Positions 27,727 through 39,265 are shown, counted from the first letter of the stretch. The stretch is 64,000 nt of DNA from Candidatus Pelearchaeum maunauluense (GCA_030059675.1 JANVYQ010000005.1:1-64000); one strand, 5' to 3'. Numbers and translations: made by a program. Notes: generated from the letters alone by a model not told the origin.

Positions 27727-30057
27727 ATGGTGCAGAAGTATATTGGCGTTCCTATTAAGAGGCGTGAAGACCCAACTCTCCTAACTGGGCGAGGAATGTA
27801 TGTTGATGACATAAAGCTAAGCAACATGGCTTATGTTGGGTTTGTGCGCTCACCATACGGCCATGCGCGTATAAGGGGTATAGATATCTCCGAGGCGCGG
27901 CGCCACCCAGACTTCATATATGCCATGCTACCTGATGAAGCGGTCTACCTACCATCTTGGATGAAGTATCCAGGATTGAGGGATGTGCCTAGATACTCGC
28001 TCGCGCGGGGCAAGGCTAGGTTTGTTGGCGAGCCTGTCGTCGCCGTGGTAGCTCGGAACAGGTATAGTCTTAACGACATCATAGACTCGATTTACGTGGA
28101 GTATGAGCCTCTTCCACCCGTCGTGGATGCGGAGAAGGCTCTGAAACCAGATGCTCCTCTCCTCTATGAGGAGTGGGGAGACAATATAGTTATGCATAGC
28201 ACGTTCAGGGCAGGTGATGTAGAAGCGGCCTTCGCGTCTGCCAGCCTGGTTATACGCGAGCGGATGGCAAACCAGCGCTATGCTCCCACACCCATAGAGG
28301 GCCGCGCAGTCTTAGCACACATGGACCCCACACGCGGCGAATTAACCATCTGGGACTCAACACAGTTTCCGCATGTCTTACAGACATACCTATCGCAGGC
28401 CCTTAACTATCCTGAGCATAAGATTAGGGTTATAGCTCCCAACGTTGGCGGTGGCTTTGGCCCCAAGTCAAGCGTCTGGCCAGAGGAGGTGGCGACGGTC
28501 CAGCTGGCCATAAAGCTGGGCATTCCAGTGAAGTGGATTGAGACGCGCCGCGAGCACATGCAGGTATGCGGCCACGAGAGGCAGCAAGTCCATTACGTTG
28601 AAGCAGCGTTCAGCAGCGATGGAAAGCTCCTGGCGATACGTGATAAGGTCATAGCAGACATGGGGGTTTATGGGACTTTCTGGACAGAGACACAGCCCGT
28701 AATGGTTACTATGGCAGCCATACCAGGGCCGTACAAGTTCCACAACTACGAGTATGAGATATATTGTGTGGTGACGAATAAGGCTCCATACTCGCCCCAT
28801 CGCGGCTTCGGCAGGCCAGTCGCGGCGTTTGTCATGGAGCGTATAATGGATATCGCTGCGCGTAGGCTTGGCCTAGACCCCGCTGAGATTAGGCGGAGAA
28901 ACCTAATACCCGCCGAGGAGATGCCGTATAGGAACGTTCATGGCATAGTCTATGACAGCGGGAACTATCCCGAGGCGCTTGAGCGTGCTCTCAGGTTTGC
29001 TGAGTACGAGAAGTGGAGGAAGGTTCAGGAGGAGGAGAGGAAGCGCGGTAGGCTAATCGGAATAGGCTTGGCTATGTACGTTGAATACACAGCCCCAAGC
29101 AGTGAGAGGCTGGCTAAGGGTCTGGGCTGGCAGGTGGGGGGATACGACTCAGCCAGGATAAGAATAGAGCCGCAGGGGAAGGTTATAGTTCTCACAGGCA
29201 CAGCAAGCCAGGGCCAGGGGCACGAAACAGTATATGCGCAGATAGCTGCCGACGCTCTGGGTGTGAATATAGATGACGTAATAGTCTTTGAGGGTGATAG
29301 TAAAAACTGTCCTTACGGCTTTGGGGCGTGGGCTAGTAGGAACACAGTAACCGTGGGCGGTGCTATCATAAAAGCCGCGGAGAAGATGAAGGAGAAGCTA
29401 CGCCAGATAGCTGCGCATATGCTTGAAGCATCACCTTCAGACATAGAGATTGAGGACAGCAAGCTATACGTGCGCGGCTCGCCAGACAGGTATGTAACCC
29501 TGGCTGACGTGGCAAACGCGGCAATACGCGAGCCGACCAAAATGCCGCCCGGCATGGAGCCAGGATTAGAGGTAACAGCTCATTACGAGCCAACCGCATT
29601 TACAACATGCAGCTACGCCGTCCATATACCCATTATAGAGGTCGATGCCGAGACGGGAAGCATAAAGATACTGAAGTACTACATCTTTGACGACAGTGGC
29701 GTTGTCGTAAACCCGATGACCGTCCATGGCCAGATACATGGCGCGTTGGCTCATGGTATTGGAGGGGCCATCTATGAGGAGCTGAACTACGACGAGTCTG
29801 GACAGCTACTTAACTCTACGTTCATGGACTACCTGATACCCAGCGCTCTGGAGATGATTAACGTAGATGTGGAGCATAGTGAGACACCTTCACCCAATCC
29901 AGGCGGCTTTAAGGGCATGGGCGAGGGAGGCTCCATAGGCGCTCCAGCAGCCCTAGCAAACGCAGTAGAGGACGCGCTGGCTCACTTAGGAGTGCAGATA
30001 AGAGAAACACCACTAAAGCCTGAATACATCTGGAGAAAAATAAAACAACGCCAATAA
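27727..30057 (+). CDS. Xanthine dehydrogenase family molybdopterin large subunit (CoxL/CutA-like)
   Basis: RREDP.LLTG.G.YVDD, VGGGFGPK, SPHRGFG, SQGQGHET, GQIHG, KGMGEG. Confidence 0.93.
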   Translation: MVQKYIGVPIKRREDPTLLTGRGMYVDDIKLSNMAYVGFVRSPYGHARIRGIDISEARRHPDFIYAMLPDEAVYLPSWMKYPGLRDVPRYSLARGKARFVGEPVVAVVARNRYSLNDIIDSIYVEYEPLPPVVDAEKALKPDAPLLYEEWGDNIVMHSTFRAGDVEAAFASASLVIRERMANQRYAPTPIEGRAVLAHMDPTRGELTIWDSTQFPHVLQTYLSQALNYPEHKIRVIAPNVGGGFGPKSSVWPEEVATVQLAIKLGIPVKWIETRREHMQVCGHERQQVHYVEAAFSSDGKLLAIRDKVIADMGVYGTFWTETQPVMVTMAAIPGPYKFHNYEYEIYCVVTNKAPYSPHRGFGRPVAAFVMERIMDIAARRLGLDPAEIRRRNLIPAEEMPYRNVHGIVYDSGNYPEALERALRFAEYEKWRKVQEEERKRGRLIGIGLAMYVEYTAPSSERLAKGLGWQVGGYDSARIRIEPQGKVIVLTGTASQGQGHETVYAQIAADALGVNIDDVIVFEGDSKNCPYGFGAWASRNTVTVGGAIIKAAEKMKEKLRQIAAHMLEASPSDIEIEDSKLYVRGSPDRYVTLADVANAAIREPTKMPPGMEPGLEVTAHYEPTAFTTCSYAVHIPIIEVDAETGSIKILKYYIFDDSGVVVNPMTVHGQIHGALAHGIGGAIYEELNYDESGQLLNSTFMDYLIPSALEMINVDVEHSETPSPNPGGFKGMGEGGSIGAPAALANAVEDALAHLGVQIRETPLKPEYIWRKIKQRQ

Positions 30058-30099
30058 ACAACACATAGTTATATTTCGGTAGCCAGGTGCAAGCGCAGG

Positions 30100-32370
30100 A
30101 TGCTGGAGCAAAAGCTAGTAGAGAGATACTCAACTATAGGCAAGCCTATCCCCAAGATTGATGGCTTCGAGAAAGTCACAGGATATGCGCGTTATGTTGA
30201 TGATATAAAGTTGCCGAATATGCTTTATGGTAAGATTCTGAGAAGTAGGTATCCTCACGCGCGTATAAAGAGGATAGACACATCAAGGGCGGAGGCTCTT
30301 CCTGGAGTTGCTGCTGTAATCACTGCCAAGGACACGCCTATGCGTAGGATGGGGATTCTAAAAGACCAGCTCCCGCTTAAGTATGGTAAGGTACGCTCAG
30401 TTAGGGACGAGGTAGCTGCGGTAGCTGCTGTGGATGAAGAAACAGCACTAGAGGCGCTCGACCTGATAGAGGTGGAGTACGAGGAGCTGGAGCCAGTCTT
30501 TGACCCTGAAGAGGCCATGAAGCCAGATGCTCCACTAGTCCATGAAGAGCTGGGAACCAACGTGGTCAATCTTAATTTCAGATTCTCAACCGATGATGAG
30601 GAGCTGGAGAGGATCTTCAGAGAAGCTCCCGCGGTTGTTGAAGGTGAGTATCGCGTCCATTATGTTAATGCCTCCCCCCTAGGTACTATAGGTGTTGTCG
30701 CTCATTACGACGAGAGGGGGCACTTAACAATATACACAAACACGCAAGCACCTTTTCTCTACAAGAGAGACCTAGCAGAGATAACTGGCGTTGACCCTGC
30801 TAAGATTCATGTTATACAGCCTGAGATAGGCGGTGCTTTTGGGCGTGGGATGGACTTGCATCCCACCGATGCTATAGCTGTCTTCTTGTCTATAAAGACG
30901 CGAAAACCTGTGAAGATAGTTTTCTCTAGGAGAGAGGAGCTGGAGTACGCTCCTCCGCGTCAGCCTGCGATAATTAGAATGCGTACAGCCGCCGACAGGA
31001 CTGGTCGCCTCCTCGCCCGCGACGCCAAGCTCATACTCGACGCTGGCGCATATGTGTCGTGGGGACCCTTTGACGCCCGCGTGATGATGGCAACCACAAC
31101 GGGGCTTTACCAGCTCACCCACGCAAGGTTTGACGCCACGGTAGTCTATACAAATAACCCATACTGCGGCACGCAACGCGGCGCTGGAAACCCACAGATA
31201 ACATTCGCCATAGAGCAACAAATGGATGAGCTGGCTGAAGAGCTGGGGATGGACCCAGTGGAGTTTAGAATCATAAATGCCAACAAGCCCAACACAGTAA
31301 CGCCACAAGGCATGATTATAACGTCATGCGGTATGGAGGAATGCATAAGACGGGCAGCCCAGGCCATAGGCTGGCGCGGCCGCGGCTCGGCAGGCCTTGG
31401 AAAAGGCATAGGTCTAGCCTGCTACTTCCACGTCGGGGGAGGAGCACGCGTATATCGCTCAGACGGGTGTGGAACCATAGTACAGGTTGACGACTTCGGC
31501 CGCGTAACGGTAATCACAGGCTCAACAGATATTGGAACAGGCTCCGACACCGCGATAGCGCAGATAGTTGCTGAGGAGCTGGGTGTGCCAGTATCGCGTG
31601 TCTCGGTTGTGAATGATGATACAGCTATAAGGCCGTGGGATGTGGGGACTCATGCAAGTAGAGCAACATTCGTCGCGGGCAACTCTGCGCTCCTCGCAGC
31701 ACGAGAAGCCAAGAGACAAATACTGGAGACTGCTTCCCAGCTTTTCGGCACGCCGATAGACGAGCTTGACATAAGAGATGGTTATGTCTATTCACGCTCA
31801 GACCCGAGTAAGAAGATGGAGTATGATAAGGTGATTAGGCGCGGCCATCTACGTGAGGGAGGCAGGGTTATACTTGCCTCAGCTTTCTACGACCCTCCCA
31901 ACCAGATGCAGGATGAGCGCTGGATGGGGAATATCTCAGCTGCCTACACGTTTGGTGCTCAGGCGGTCTTGCTGGAGGTTGATGAAGAGACAGGAACGAT
32001 ACGCGTTTTGAAGGTTGTATCAGCACACGATGCTGGTCGCATATTAAATCCACTAGGAGCTGAGGGCCAGGTTCATGGAGGCGTTGTCATGGGTCTAGGA
32101 TACACGCTAAGCGAGGAGCTTGTTCTAGATAGGGGTAGAGTGGTCAACGCAACCCTCATGGACTACCTGCTCTTCACAAGCCACGAAGCACCAGAGATAG
32201 TTCCCATCTTTGTTGAGACGGAAGACCCACAGGGCCCCTATGGGGCGAAGGGGCTGGGCGAGACAGGCTGCATACCAACACCAGCTGCGGTGGCCAACGC
32301 GATATATGACGCGACGGGAAAGCGTCTTAGAGAACTGCCTATAAAGCCTTGGAACATTCTCCGTAAGTAA
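30100..32370 (+). CDS. Xanthine dehydrogenase family molybdopterin large subunit (XdhA/HcrA-like)
   Basis: KVTG.A.YVDD, IGGAFG, QRGAGNPQ, THASRAT, GPYGAKGLGE. Confidence 0.93.
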   Translation: MLEQKLVERYSTIGKPIPKIDGFEKVTGYARYVDDIKLPNMLYGKILRSRYPHARIKRIDTSRAEALPGVAAVITAKDTPMRRMGILKDQLPLKYGKVRSVRDEVAAVAAVDEETALEALDLIEVEYEELEPVFDPEEAMKPDAPLVHEELGTNVVNLNFRFSTDDEELERIFREAPAVVEGEYRVHYVNASPLGTIGVVAHYDERGHLTIYTNTQAPFLYKRDLAEITGVDPAKIHVIQPEIGGAFGRGMDLHPTDAIAVFLSIKTRKPVKIVFSRREELEYAPPRQPAIIRMRTAADRTGRLLARDAKLILDAGAYVSWGPFDARVMMATTTGLYQLTHARFDATVVYTNNPYCGTQRGAGNPQITFAIEQQMDELAEELGMDPVEFRIINANKPNTVTPQGMIITSCGMEECIRRAAQAIGWRGRGSAGLGKGIGLACYFHVGGGARVYRSDGCGTIVQVDDFGRVTVITGSTDIGTGSDTAIAQIVAEELGVPVSRVSVVNDDTAIRPWDVGTHASRATFVAGNSALLAAREAKRQILETASQLFGTPIDELDIRDGYVYSRSDPSKKMEYDKVIRRGHLREGGRVILASAFYDPPNQMQDERWMGNISAAYTFGAQAVLLEVDEETGTIRVLKVVSAHDAGRILNPLGAEGQVHGGVVMGLGYTLSEELVLDRGRVVNATLMDYLLFTSHEAPEIVPIFVETEDPQGPYGAKGLGETGCIPTPAAVANAIYDATGKRLRELPIKPWNILRK

Positions 32371-32399
32371 ATAAAATATTTTGGGGGATGAGAGATTCT

Positions 32400-33800
32400 T
32401 TATGAGAGGAACTGCTTAGCCACCTCAGGCACCCACGGTAATTCTTTTTGCAGTTTTTCGAGTGATTTCTTGATTTCTTCTTCTGGGTAGTGCCATGGCT
32501 GTAGTCTTCCCGCTAGGTATTCTTCGTATGCCGTTAGGTCGAAGTGTCCATGTCCGCATAGGTTGAATAGTATCACCTTCTTCTCGCCTGTCTCCTTACA
32601 CCGCCGCGCCTCATCAATAACATATTTGATTGTATGTGATGGCTCTGGGCCTGGTAGGAATCCCTCAGTCCTGGCGAAGAGTACCGCCGCGTCAAACACA
32701 GATACCTGGTCATATGCTCTGGGCTCTATCTTACCCTCCTTCAGGAGGAGGCATAGGGTAGGCGCGTCTCCATGATACCTGAGCCCGCCAGCATGTATTG
32801 GTGGTGGCACGAAGTCTGAGCCCAGTGTATGCATGGGCAGTAGTGGGGTCATCTTAGCCGTGTCGCCGAAGTCGTAGGTGTAGATGCCCTTCGTCATGGT
32901 AGGACACGCGGTAGGCTCTGTAGCTACGAACTTCACATCTTTTGGCGCTTTCTTAGCAACTACATCATAGTAGAAGGGCCAGAATAGCCCTGAGAAGCTA
33001 CTCCCACCTCCTACACATCCAGCAACAACATCTGGATACTCATCAACCATCTCAAGCTGTTTCTTAGCCTCAAGCCCCTGGACGGTCTGGTGCATGAGAA
33101 CATGATTAAGCACGCTCCCTAGGCTGTAGCGCGTGTTATCATGCGTAACCGTATCCTCAAGGGCTTCGCTTATCGCTATCCCCAGGCTGCCTGGGTGGTT
33201 GGGGTCTTTCTGAAGCAGGCTCCTCCCAAAGTTTGTTTTATCGCTTGGGCTTGGGACGACCTCCGCGCCCCACGCGTGCATGAGTATCCTCCTAGCTGGC
33301 TTCTGGTTGTAGCTTATGCGCACCATATAGACGGAGCATTTTATCCCGAATAGGTTGCAGGCGAATGACAACGCGCTACCCCACTGGCCAGCGCCTGTCT
33401 CTGTTGTTAGACGCTCAATCCCCTGCTTAGCGTTATAGTATGCCTGCGCAACAGCTGTGTTAGGCTTGTGAGAACCAGGTGGGGATACGCCCTCCCACTT
33501 ATAGTATATACGCGCAGGCGTGTTGAGAGCCTTCTCTAGGCGCTCAGCCCTTATCAGTGGTGTTGGCCTCCAAATCCTATACACATCCCTAACTTCGTTA
33601 GGTATTGGTATCCACCTATCAGGGCTCAGCTCCTGCTTAATCAGCTCCTTAGCGAATATCCTCTCAAGCTTAGCAGGGTCTACAGGCTGTTTTGTTGATG
33701 GGTCTATTGGTGGTGCGAGAGGCTTAGGTAGGTCTGGCAGAATATTATACCATTCTTTCGGAATATCGTTTTCGTCTAGCGTAATTATTTTTCCTGGCAT
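32400..33800 (-). CDS. trpB2: Tryptophan synthase beta-2 (TrpB2, stand-alone)
   Basis: [51 protein letters not shown]; start at MPGK. Confidence 0.95.
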   Translation of the reverse strand: MPGKIITLDENDIPKEWYNILPDLPKPLAPPIDPSTKQPVDPAKLERIFAKELIKQELSPDRWIPIPNEVRDVYRIWRPTPLIRAERLEKALNTPARIYYKWEGVSPPGSHKPNTAVAQAYYNAKQGIERLTTETGAGQWGSALSFACNLFGIKCSVYMVRISYNQKPARRILMHAWGAEVVPSPSDKTNFGRSLLQKDPNHPGSLGIAISEALEDTVTHDNTRYSLGSVLNHVLMHQTVQGLEAKKQLEMVDEYPDVVAGCVGGGSSFSGLFWPFYYDVVAKKAPKDVKFVATEPTACPTMTKGIYTYDFGDTAKMTPLLPMHTLGSDFVPPPIHAGGLRYHGDAPTLCLLLKEGKIEPRAYDQVSVFDAAVLFARTEGFLPGPEPSHTIKYVIDEARRCKETGEKKVILFNLCGHGHFDLTAYEEYLAGRLQPWHYPEEEIKKSLEKLQKELPWVPEVAKQFLS

Positions 33801-33898
33801 GCAGAAAAACACGCCGAGTATAGGCCTTATAAACTTTTTGGAAAACGCCGTGAAAGGCTCATGAATAACGTAAGTTTTCTTCATAACTTGAATGGGGT

Positions 33899-35068
33899 AT
33901 GAACTTTAGTGAGGATGAGGATGTCCAACTCCTTAGGAGAACTATTGCTGAGTTTATGAAAGGATTTCCAGCTGAGTACTGGAGACGGCATGACTCTCTC
34001 CGCGAGTTCCCCCGCGATTTCTGGGATGCTGCCGCCAGAAACGGCTTGCTGGGCATCACGATACCTGAAGAATATGGCGGCGCTGGCCTCGGCATGTACG
34101 CTGCCGCTGTGGCGATGAACGAGGTAGCCCGTAATGGTGGAGGCCTAGCCGCTGGAGACCTACTAATGAGAACCCTGGTATTCGGGGGGCTTCTAATAAA
34201 CAAACACGCATCGCGGGAAGCTAAGGAGAAATACTTACCAAAGTTGGCTGAAGGTAAGATAATCTGCGCCTTCGCCCACACCGAGCCAAACGCTGGTGTG
34301 AATACATTTGATATTCAGACCAAAGCCGTTAAGAAAGATGGGGGCTTTGTAGTAAATGGTCAGAAGATATGGATAACCCTGGCACATATGGCTGACCTTA
34401 TTATAGGTGTTGTGCGCACAACACCTAAGGATAAGGTACAGAGGAAATCTCATGGAATTAGCCTGCTCTTGATAGATGCTAAGCAGCCAGGGGTTAAGAC
34501 CTCGCGAATTCCAGGCATGGCGCTCAGAGCCCTTCCCAGCAATCAGGTCTATTTTGAGGATGTCTGGGTTCCTGAGGAGAATGTGGTGGGCGAGGTGGAT
34601 AGGGGCTGGGAGACGCTTACTGTGTTGCTGAATGCTGAGCGTATATCCACTGCTTCCATCTCGCTGGGATGCGGTGAGTACGCTCTACAGAGAGCGGTTG
34701 AATACGCGTCTAACAGGCTTGTCTTCGGCCGCCCGATAGGGAGCAACCAAGCTATACAGTTTCCCCTGGCTGAGGCTAAGGCTGAGCTTGAGGTGGCTAA
34801 GCTGATGACCCTTAAGGCTGCATGGCTCCATGACCAAGGGCTAGATTGCGCCGTTGAGGCTAACATCGCCGCTCTCCAAGCAGCACGGGCAGCGTTCAAG
34901 GCCGCCGACAGGGCAGTACAGACATTCGGCGGCATGGGATTCGCAGAAGAAAACGACATAGAACGCGTATTCAGGGATGTTAGACTTTTCAGAACAGCCC
35001 CAGTCCCAGAGGAGATGGTCCTCAACTTCATAGCCACGCGCGCCCTCGGGCTTCCACGCTCATTCTAA
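33899..35068 (+). CDS. Acyl-CoA dehydrogenase family protein
   Basis: [45 protein letters not shown]. Confidence 0.93.
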   Translation: MNFSEDEDVQLLRRTIAEFMKGFPAEYWRRHDSLREFPRDFWDAAARNGLLGITIPEEYGGAGLGMYAAAVAMNEVARNGGGLAAGDLLMRTLVFGGLLINKHASREAKEKYLPKLAEGKIICAFAHTEPNAGVNTFDIQTKAVKKDGGFVVNGQKIWITLAHMADLIIGVVRTTPKDKVQRKSHGISLLLIDAKQPGVKTSRIPGMALRALPSNQVYFEDVWVPEENVVGEVDRGWETLTVLLNAERISTASISLGCGEYALQRAVEYASNRLVFGRPIGSNQAIQFPLAEAKAELEVAKLMTLKAAWLHDQGLDCAVEANIAALQAARAAFKAADRAVQTFGGMGFAEENDIERVFRDVRLFRTAPVPEEMVLNFIATRALGLPRSF

Positions 35069-35108
35069 GCCCTACAAACCTCTATTAATCGCGAAAAGAG
35101 AGTAGAGC

Positions 35109-37517
35109 ATGGTGCGTTTCTTGTCCTCAGCTTCGCAGTGGATTGGAAAGCCTCTAAAGACCAAGGAGGGGATACGGCACGTCCGCGGGCTTGGGAGGTT
35201 CGTTGAGGATATAATCCTGCCTAAGATGGCTTATGCGGCTCTTGTGAGAAGCCCATACGCTCACGCAAGGATAAAATCCATAGATATATCGCGTGCGGTC
35301 AAGGCGCCTGGAGTAATAGCCGTAATAACGGGTAGGGATATAGCGAGCATAACCCAGCCGTTCCCCCAGCTCACCACACCGCCAGCTTCAAATGTGAAGG
35401 ACTATAGCATGGCGGTCAATAAGGTCAGATACGTAGGAGAGCCGGTAGCTGCGGTAGTAGCCGAGTCGCGCTACGCCGCCGCTGACGCGGCGGAGCTGGT
35501 GGACGTGGAGTATGAGCTACTGCCCGTCGTAGTTGACCCAGAGGAGGCGCTTAAGGAGGATGCCCCAATACTGCATGAGGAGGCTGGCACAAACATAGCT
35601 GCCGTCGTTGATTATGATTATGGCGACTATGACGAGGCTGAGGCCTCAGCTGACAGGATAATAAGAGCAAACCTCCGTTATCATAGGTTTAGCTCAACGC
35701 CGCTGGAGCCCTTCGCAGTGCTGGCAGATTATAACAAGACGGAAGACTCCTACACGATTTACTGCAATAACCAGATGCCGATGTTCCTAATTCCCTCCAT
35801 ACTGAGAGCGCTTAATACAGGACTTGACAAGATACGCATAATAACGCAGGATATAGGCGGTGGTTTTGGTGTTAAGATTCTCAGCTACCCGTACATGGTT
35901 CTGGCTGCTGCCCTCTCCAAGCTTGTTGGCAGGCCTGTCAAGTGGGTTGAGACACGCCGCGAGCATATGATGGCCAGCTCGCATGGCGCTGACCGCCTCT
36001 TCAGGGTTGAGGCAGCGATAAAGAACGATGGAACACTACTAGGCCTGAAAACCGAGACCATAGACGATATAGGAGCATACGCCAGGCACGAGCCAGCGGG
36101 ATTAACTGTTTGGGCTCAAGTGGCCTCAGGATGCTGCCGCTTCAAACACCTACGCCAAAGGATGTATGCTGTATTCACCAACAAATGCCCAGCAGGCCCT
36201 AACAGGGGATTCGCGCGTGCGCCTCACCAATACATGATTGAACGAGTCTTAGATATGATTGCGCGTGAGGTGGGTAGGGACCCTGTTGAGGTGAGGTTAA
36301 TCAACTATGTTAAGCGTGAGGAGCAGCCATATACTACGCTTAATGGATGTGTGTATGATGACGGCGACTACATAGGTGCTGTACAGCGTGTTATGGAGCT
36401 ACTAGACTATTGGGGCTGGCGCAGGAGGCAGGAGGAGCTGCGTAAAGAGGGGAGACTAATTGGCATCGGGATAGCTACGACCCTAGACTCTGGAACTGCT
36501 AACTTCGGGCAGGTGAGGATGCTAAACCCAAGGCTGCCCAACGTTGGGACAAGCGAGGCGGCCTCGGTGCAGATGACAGGCGACGGCCGTGTAGTGGTGA
36601 AGCTAGGCTCCGTCCCCCAGGGCCAGTCGCATGAGACGGTTTCAGCGCAGATAGTTGCGGATGTCCTAGGAATGAACCCAGACCACGTTACTGTCGCTAT
36701 AGGCTTTGACTCCGAGTCCCATCCCTACACATTCCATTCAGGAACCTACGCCAGTAGGTTTGCCGGGACTGGGATGGTGGCTGTCTACGAAGCGGCTATG
36801 AAGCTCAGGGAGAAGATAAAGAAGATAGCAGCCCACCTATTGGAGGCGCGTGAGGAGGATATAGAGCTGGCTAATGAGCAAGCATTCGTGAAAGACGCTC
36901 CTGAGAGGAGCGTATCGTTTAGGAGGATAGCCCGCACAGCCTATGCGAACCCATACGAGCTCCCAGAGGGCATGGAGGCAGGCTTGTATAGCTTGAGCGT
37001 CTTCAGCCCACCCTTCAAACCACCCGACGAGAAGAAGGTTGGAAACCTAACTCTCACCTACTCATACCAGACGCATGGCATCGTGGTTGAGATTGACCCC
37101 GAAACAGGGAAGCCAAAGATACTTGATTATGTTATCGTAGACGACTGTGGGCGTGTGATTAATCCGCTGGTAGTTGATGGGCAGATACATGGAGCAGCTC
37201 TTCACGGGCTTGCTGCTGTTCTCTATGAGTCGTTTGACTATGATAGCACAGGCCAGCTTCTCACATCAACCTTCATGGACTATCTAGCCCCAACAGCGTT
37301 TGACACACCCAGCTTCAAAACCGAAAGAATATCTATACCATCTCCATTCACACCGCTGGGTGCTAAGGGAGTTGGCGAAGGATGCGGAACGCCCATACCA
37401 GCGCTAATTAACGCAATAGAAGACGCCCTCTCACCCTATAATGTACGCCTAACGAACTCCCATATAAAACCAGAAGAAATCTATTGGATAATCCGAAAAT
37501 TCAAACACCACACCTAA
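35109..37517 (+). CDS. Xanthine dehydrogenase family molybdopterin large subunit (heteroaromatic hydroxylase-like clade)
   Basis: IGGGFGVK, GPNRGFA, PQGQSHET, SGTYASRFA, GAKGVGEG. Confidence 0.92.
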   Translation: MVRFLSSASQWIGKPLKTKEGIRHVRGLGRFVEDIILPKMAYAALVRSPYAHARIKSIDISRAVKAPGVIAVITGRDIASITQPFPQLTTPPASNVKDYSMAVNKVRYVGEPVAAVVAESRYAAADAAELVDVEYELLPVVVDPEEALKEDAPILHEEAGTNIAAVVDYDYGDYDEAEASADRIIRANLRYHRFSSTPLEPFAVLADYNKTEDSYTIYCNNQMPMFLIPSILRALNTGLDKIRIITQDIGGGFGVKILSYPYMVLAAALSKLVGRPVKWVETRREHMMASSHGADRLFRVEAAIKNDGTLLGLKTETIDDIGAYARHEPAGLTVWAQVASGCCRFKHLRQRMYAVFTNKCPAGPNRGFARAPHQYMIERVLDMIAREVGRDPVEVRLINYVKREEQPYTTLNGCVYDDGDYIGAVQRVMELLDYWGWRRRQEELRKEGRLIGIGIATTLDSGTANFGQVRMLNPRLPNVGTSEAASVQMTGDGRVVVKLGSVPQGQSHETVSAQIVADVLGMNPDHVTVAIGFDSESHPYTFHSGTYASRFAGTGMVAVYEAAMKLREKIKKIAAHLLEAREEDIELANEQAFVKDAPERSVSFRRIARTAYANPYELPEGMEAGLYSLSVFSPPFKPPDEKKVGNLTLTYSYQTHGIVVEIDPETGKPKILDYVIVDDCGRVINPLVVDGQIHGAALHGLAAVLYESFDYDSTGQLLTSTFMDYLAPTAFDTPSFKTERISIPSPFTPLGAKGVGEGCGTPIPALINAIEDALSPYNVRLTNSHIKPEEIYWIIRKFKHHT

Positions 37518-37597
37518 TTAATTATGACTACTTGATTTGAAGGAACTTAGCTGTTGTTTTAAGGTTTATTATATAATCAACGCGGTATAAAATTTGT

Positions 37598-38794
37598 ATG
37601 AGCGGTTTTAGAGGTATTGCGGCAATATCTGGATATGCGGAAACCCCATTCAGTAGGGCGCGTGTTGATAAAGGGGAGCCGCGTCTAACCGCTGAGGAAT
37701 ACTATGCTTGGGCTCTTGAGCTTCTTCTAAAACAGACGGGGCTTGAGAAGAAGGACCTTACAGGCCAGGGTGTTGGGATTATAGGCTCGGAGTGGCCGCA
37801 TAGTGAGATATGGTCTGCGGAGGCTATTCAAAACCTGGGCTTAGAGCCTAAGCTCCTAGTGCGCGCAGACCACGGCGGCGCTAACGCCGCTGCGTTGCTG
37901 GTTCAGGGTGTCTTAGCAATACAAGCAGGCTACGTGGAGCATTTCCTCATGCTGGGCGCCGACACACCTCTCTCAATAACGGGCCCAGCATCAAGAACAT
38001 GGCGCTATGATGAGAACTATCTCAAGCCATTTGGAACTATGGGGCCTAACAGCTTGATAGCCATGGCTATGCGCCGCTACATGAATGACTATGGTGCAAA
38101 ACCTGAGCATTTCGGGACTGTTTCAGTAGTGCAGAGAAAACACGCGACGCTTAATCCCAACGCGTATCTAAAGACTCCGCTCACCATGGAGGACTATCTC
38201 AACTCCCGTCTAATCTCAGACCCCCTCAGGCTCTTGGATATATGCATATGGGTTAATGGTGGGTTTGCTATACTCCTCTCCTCAGCCAGCGCCGCGAAGA
38301 GAATTACCGACAAGCCCGTGAGTATTCTGGGATTCGGAGAGTGGCATAACCCAAACGCTGGCCAGCCTATGCATGATATAACCACGACAGGCGTTAAGAT
38401 TGCAGCGGAGCAGGCGTATAAGATGTCTGGAATCACCCCGCGTGATGTATCTCTCTTCCAGCCCTACGACGACTATACCGTGGCTGTCCTAATGCAGATA
38501 GAGGATGCTGGGTTCTGCAAGAAGGGCGAGGCGGGTAGATTCCTAGAGGAGAACGACATAAGCTACCAAGGCCAGCTCCCCGTAAACACTGGCGGAGGCC
38601 AGCTCTCGGCAGGCCAGGCAGGAATGGCGGGAGGTTTTCTCCATTTCGTAGAAGCTGCCAGACAGCTAAGAGGCGAAGCAGGCCAGAGACAGGTTAAGGA
38701 TGCCCGAATAGGATTGGTTACGAGCCTCGGCTGCGTCGGTTTTGAAGGTCATTTCATAAATAACTACGCGGTCGTTCTTGGAGGTGAGGTGTAG
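37598..38794 (+). CDS. Thiolase-fold protein (SCP2/Ltp2-like) lacking the catalytic Cys
   Basis: NPNA, SRLISDPL.LLD, QPYDDY, GFCKKGE, NTGGGQLS, EAARQLRGEAG.RQV. Confidence 0.88.
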   Translation: MSGFRGIAAISGYAETPFSRARVDKGEPRLTAEEYYAWALELLLKQTGLEKKDLTGQGVGIIGSEWPHSEIWSAEAIQNLGLEPKLLVRADHGGANAAALLVQGVLAIQAGYVEHFLMLGADTPLSITGPASRTWRYDENYLKPFGTMGPNSLIAMAMRRYMNDYGAKPEHFGTVSVVQRKHATLNPNAYLKTPLTMEDYLNSRLISDPLRLLDICIWVNGGFAILLSSASAAKRITDKPVSILGFGEWHNPNAGQPMHDITTTGVKIAAEQAYKMSGITPRDVSLFQPYDDYTVAVLMQIEDAGFCKKGEAGRFLEENDISYQGQLPVNTGGGQLSAGQAGMAGGFLHFVEAARQLRGEAGQRQVKDARIGLVTSLGCVGFEGHFINNYAVVLGGEV

Positions 38795-39211
38795 ATGAGC
38801 AGCTATCCGAAGCCTCTTCCAGAGGTTACGCCGCTCACCAAGCCGTTCTGGGAAGCCAGCAAGAGAGGCGAGCTGCTCTTACAGCGCTGCAAAAACTGCT
38901 CCACATACATCTGGTATCCCCGCCACATATGCATAAACTGCGGCTCACGCGAGCTTGAGTGGGTTAAGGCATCAGGCAAGGGAAAGGTCTATTCATACAC
39001 CATAGTCAGACAGGTTATAGGAAACTCCCCAGAATTCTCAAAAGAAATACCATTCGTCGTAGCTGAGATAGAGCTAGACGAAGGCGCGCGAATATGCAGC
39101 AACATAGTAGGCGTTAAGCCTGAGGACGTAAGCATAGGAATGCCTGTTGAGGTCTTCTTTGAGGAATGCACACCAGAGATATCCCTGCCGAAATTCAAGC
39201 CAGCAAGGTAG
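38795..39211 (+). CDS. DUF35 Zn-ribbon/OB-fold partner protein
   Basis: PFW, QRCKNC...YPR.ICINC, SGKGKVYSYT. Confidence 0.92.
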   Translation: MSSYPKPLPEVTPLTKPFWEASKRGELLLQRCKNCSTYIWYPRHICINCGSRELEWVKASGKGKVYSYTIVRQVIGNSPEFSKEIPFVVAEIELDEGARICSNIVGVKPEDVSIGMPVEVFFEECTPEISLPKFKPAR

Positions 39212-39265
39212 CTGGCCTATGAGTGGGGAATCTATATTAAGACAGCTAATGGAGTTATTCTACGC

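Noticed and set aside
27727-37517. Aerobic CO dehydrogenase (coxL form I)
   Set aside because: None of the three subunits has the VAYxCSFR Cu-binding loop, and no coxMS or accessory genes are present.
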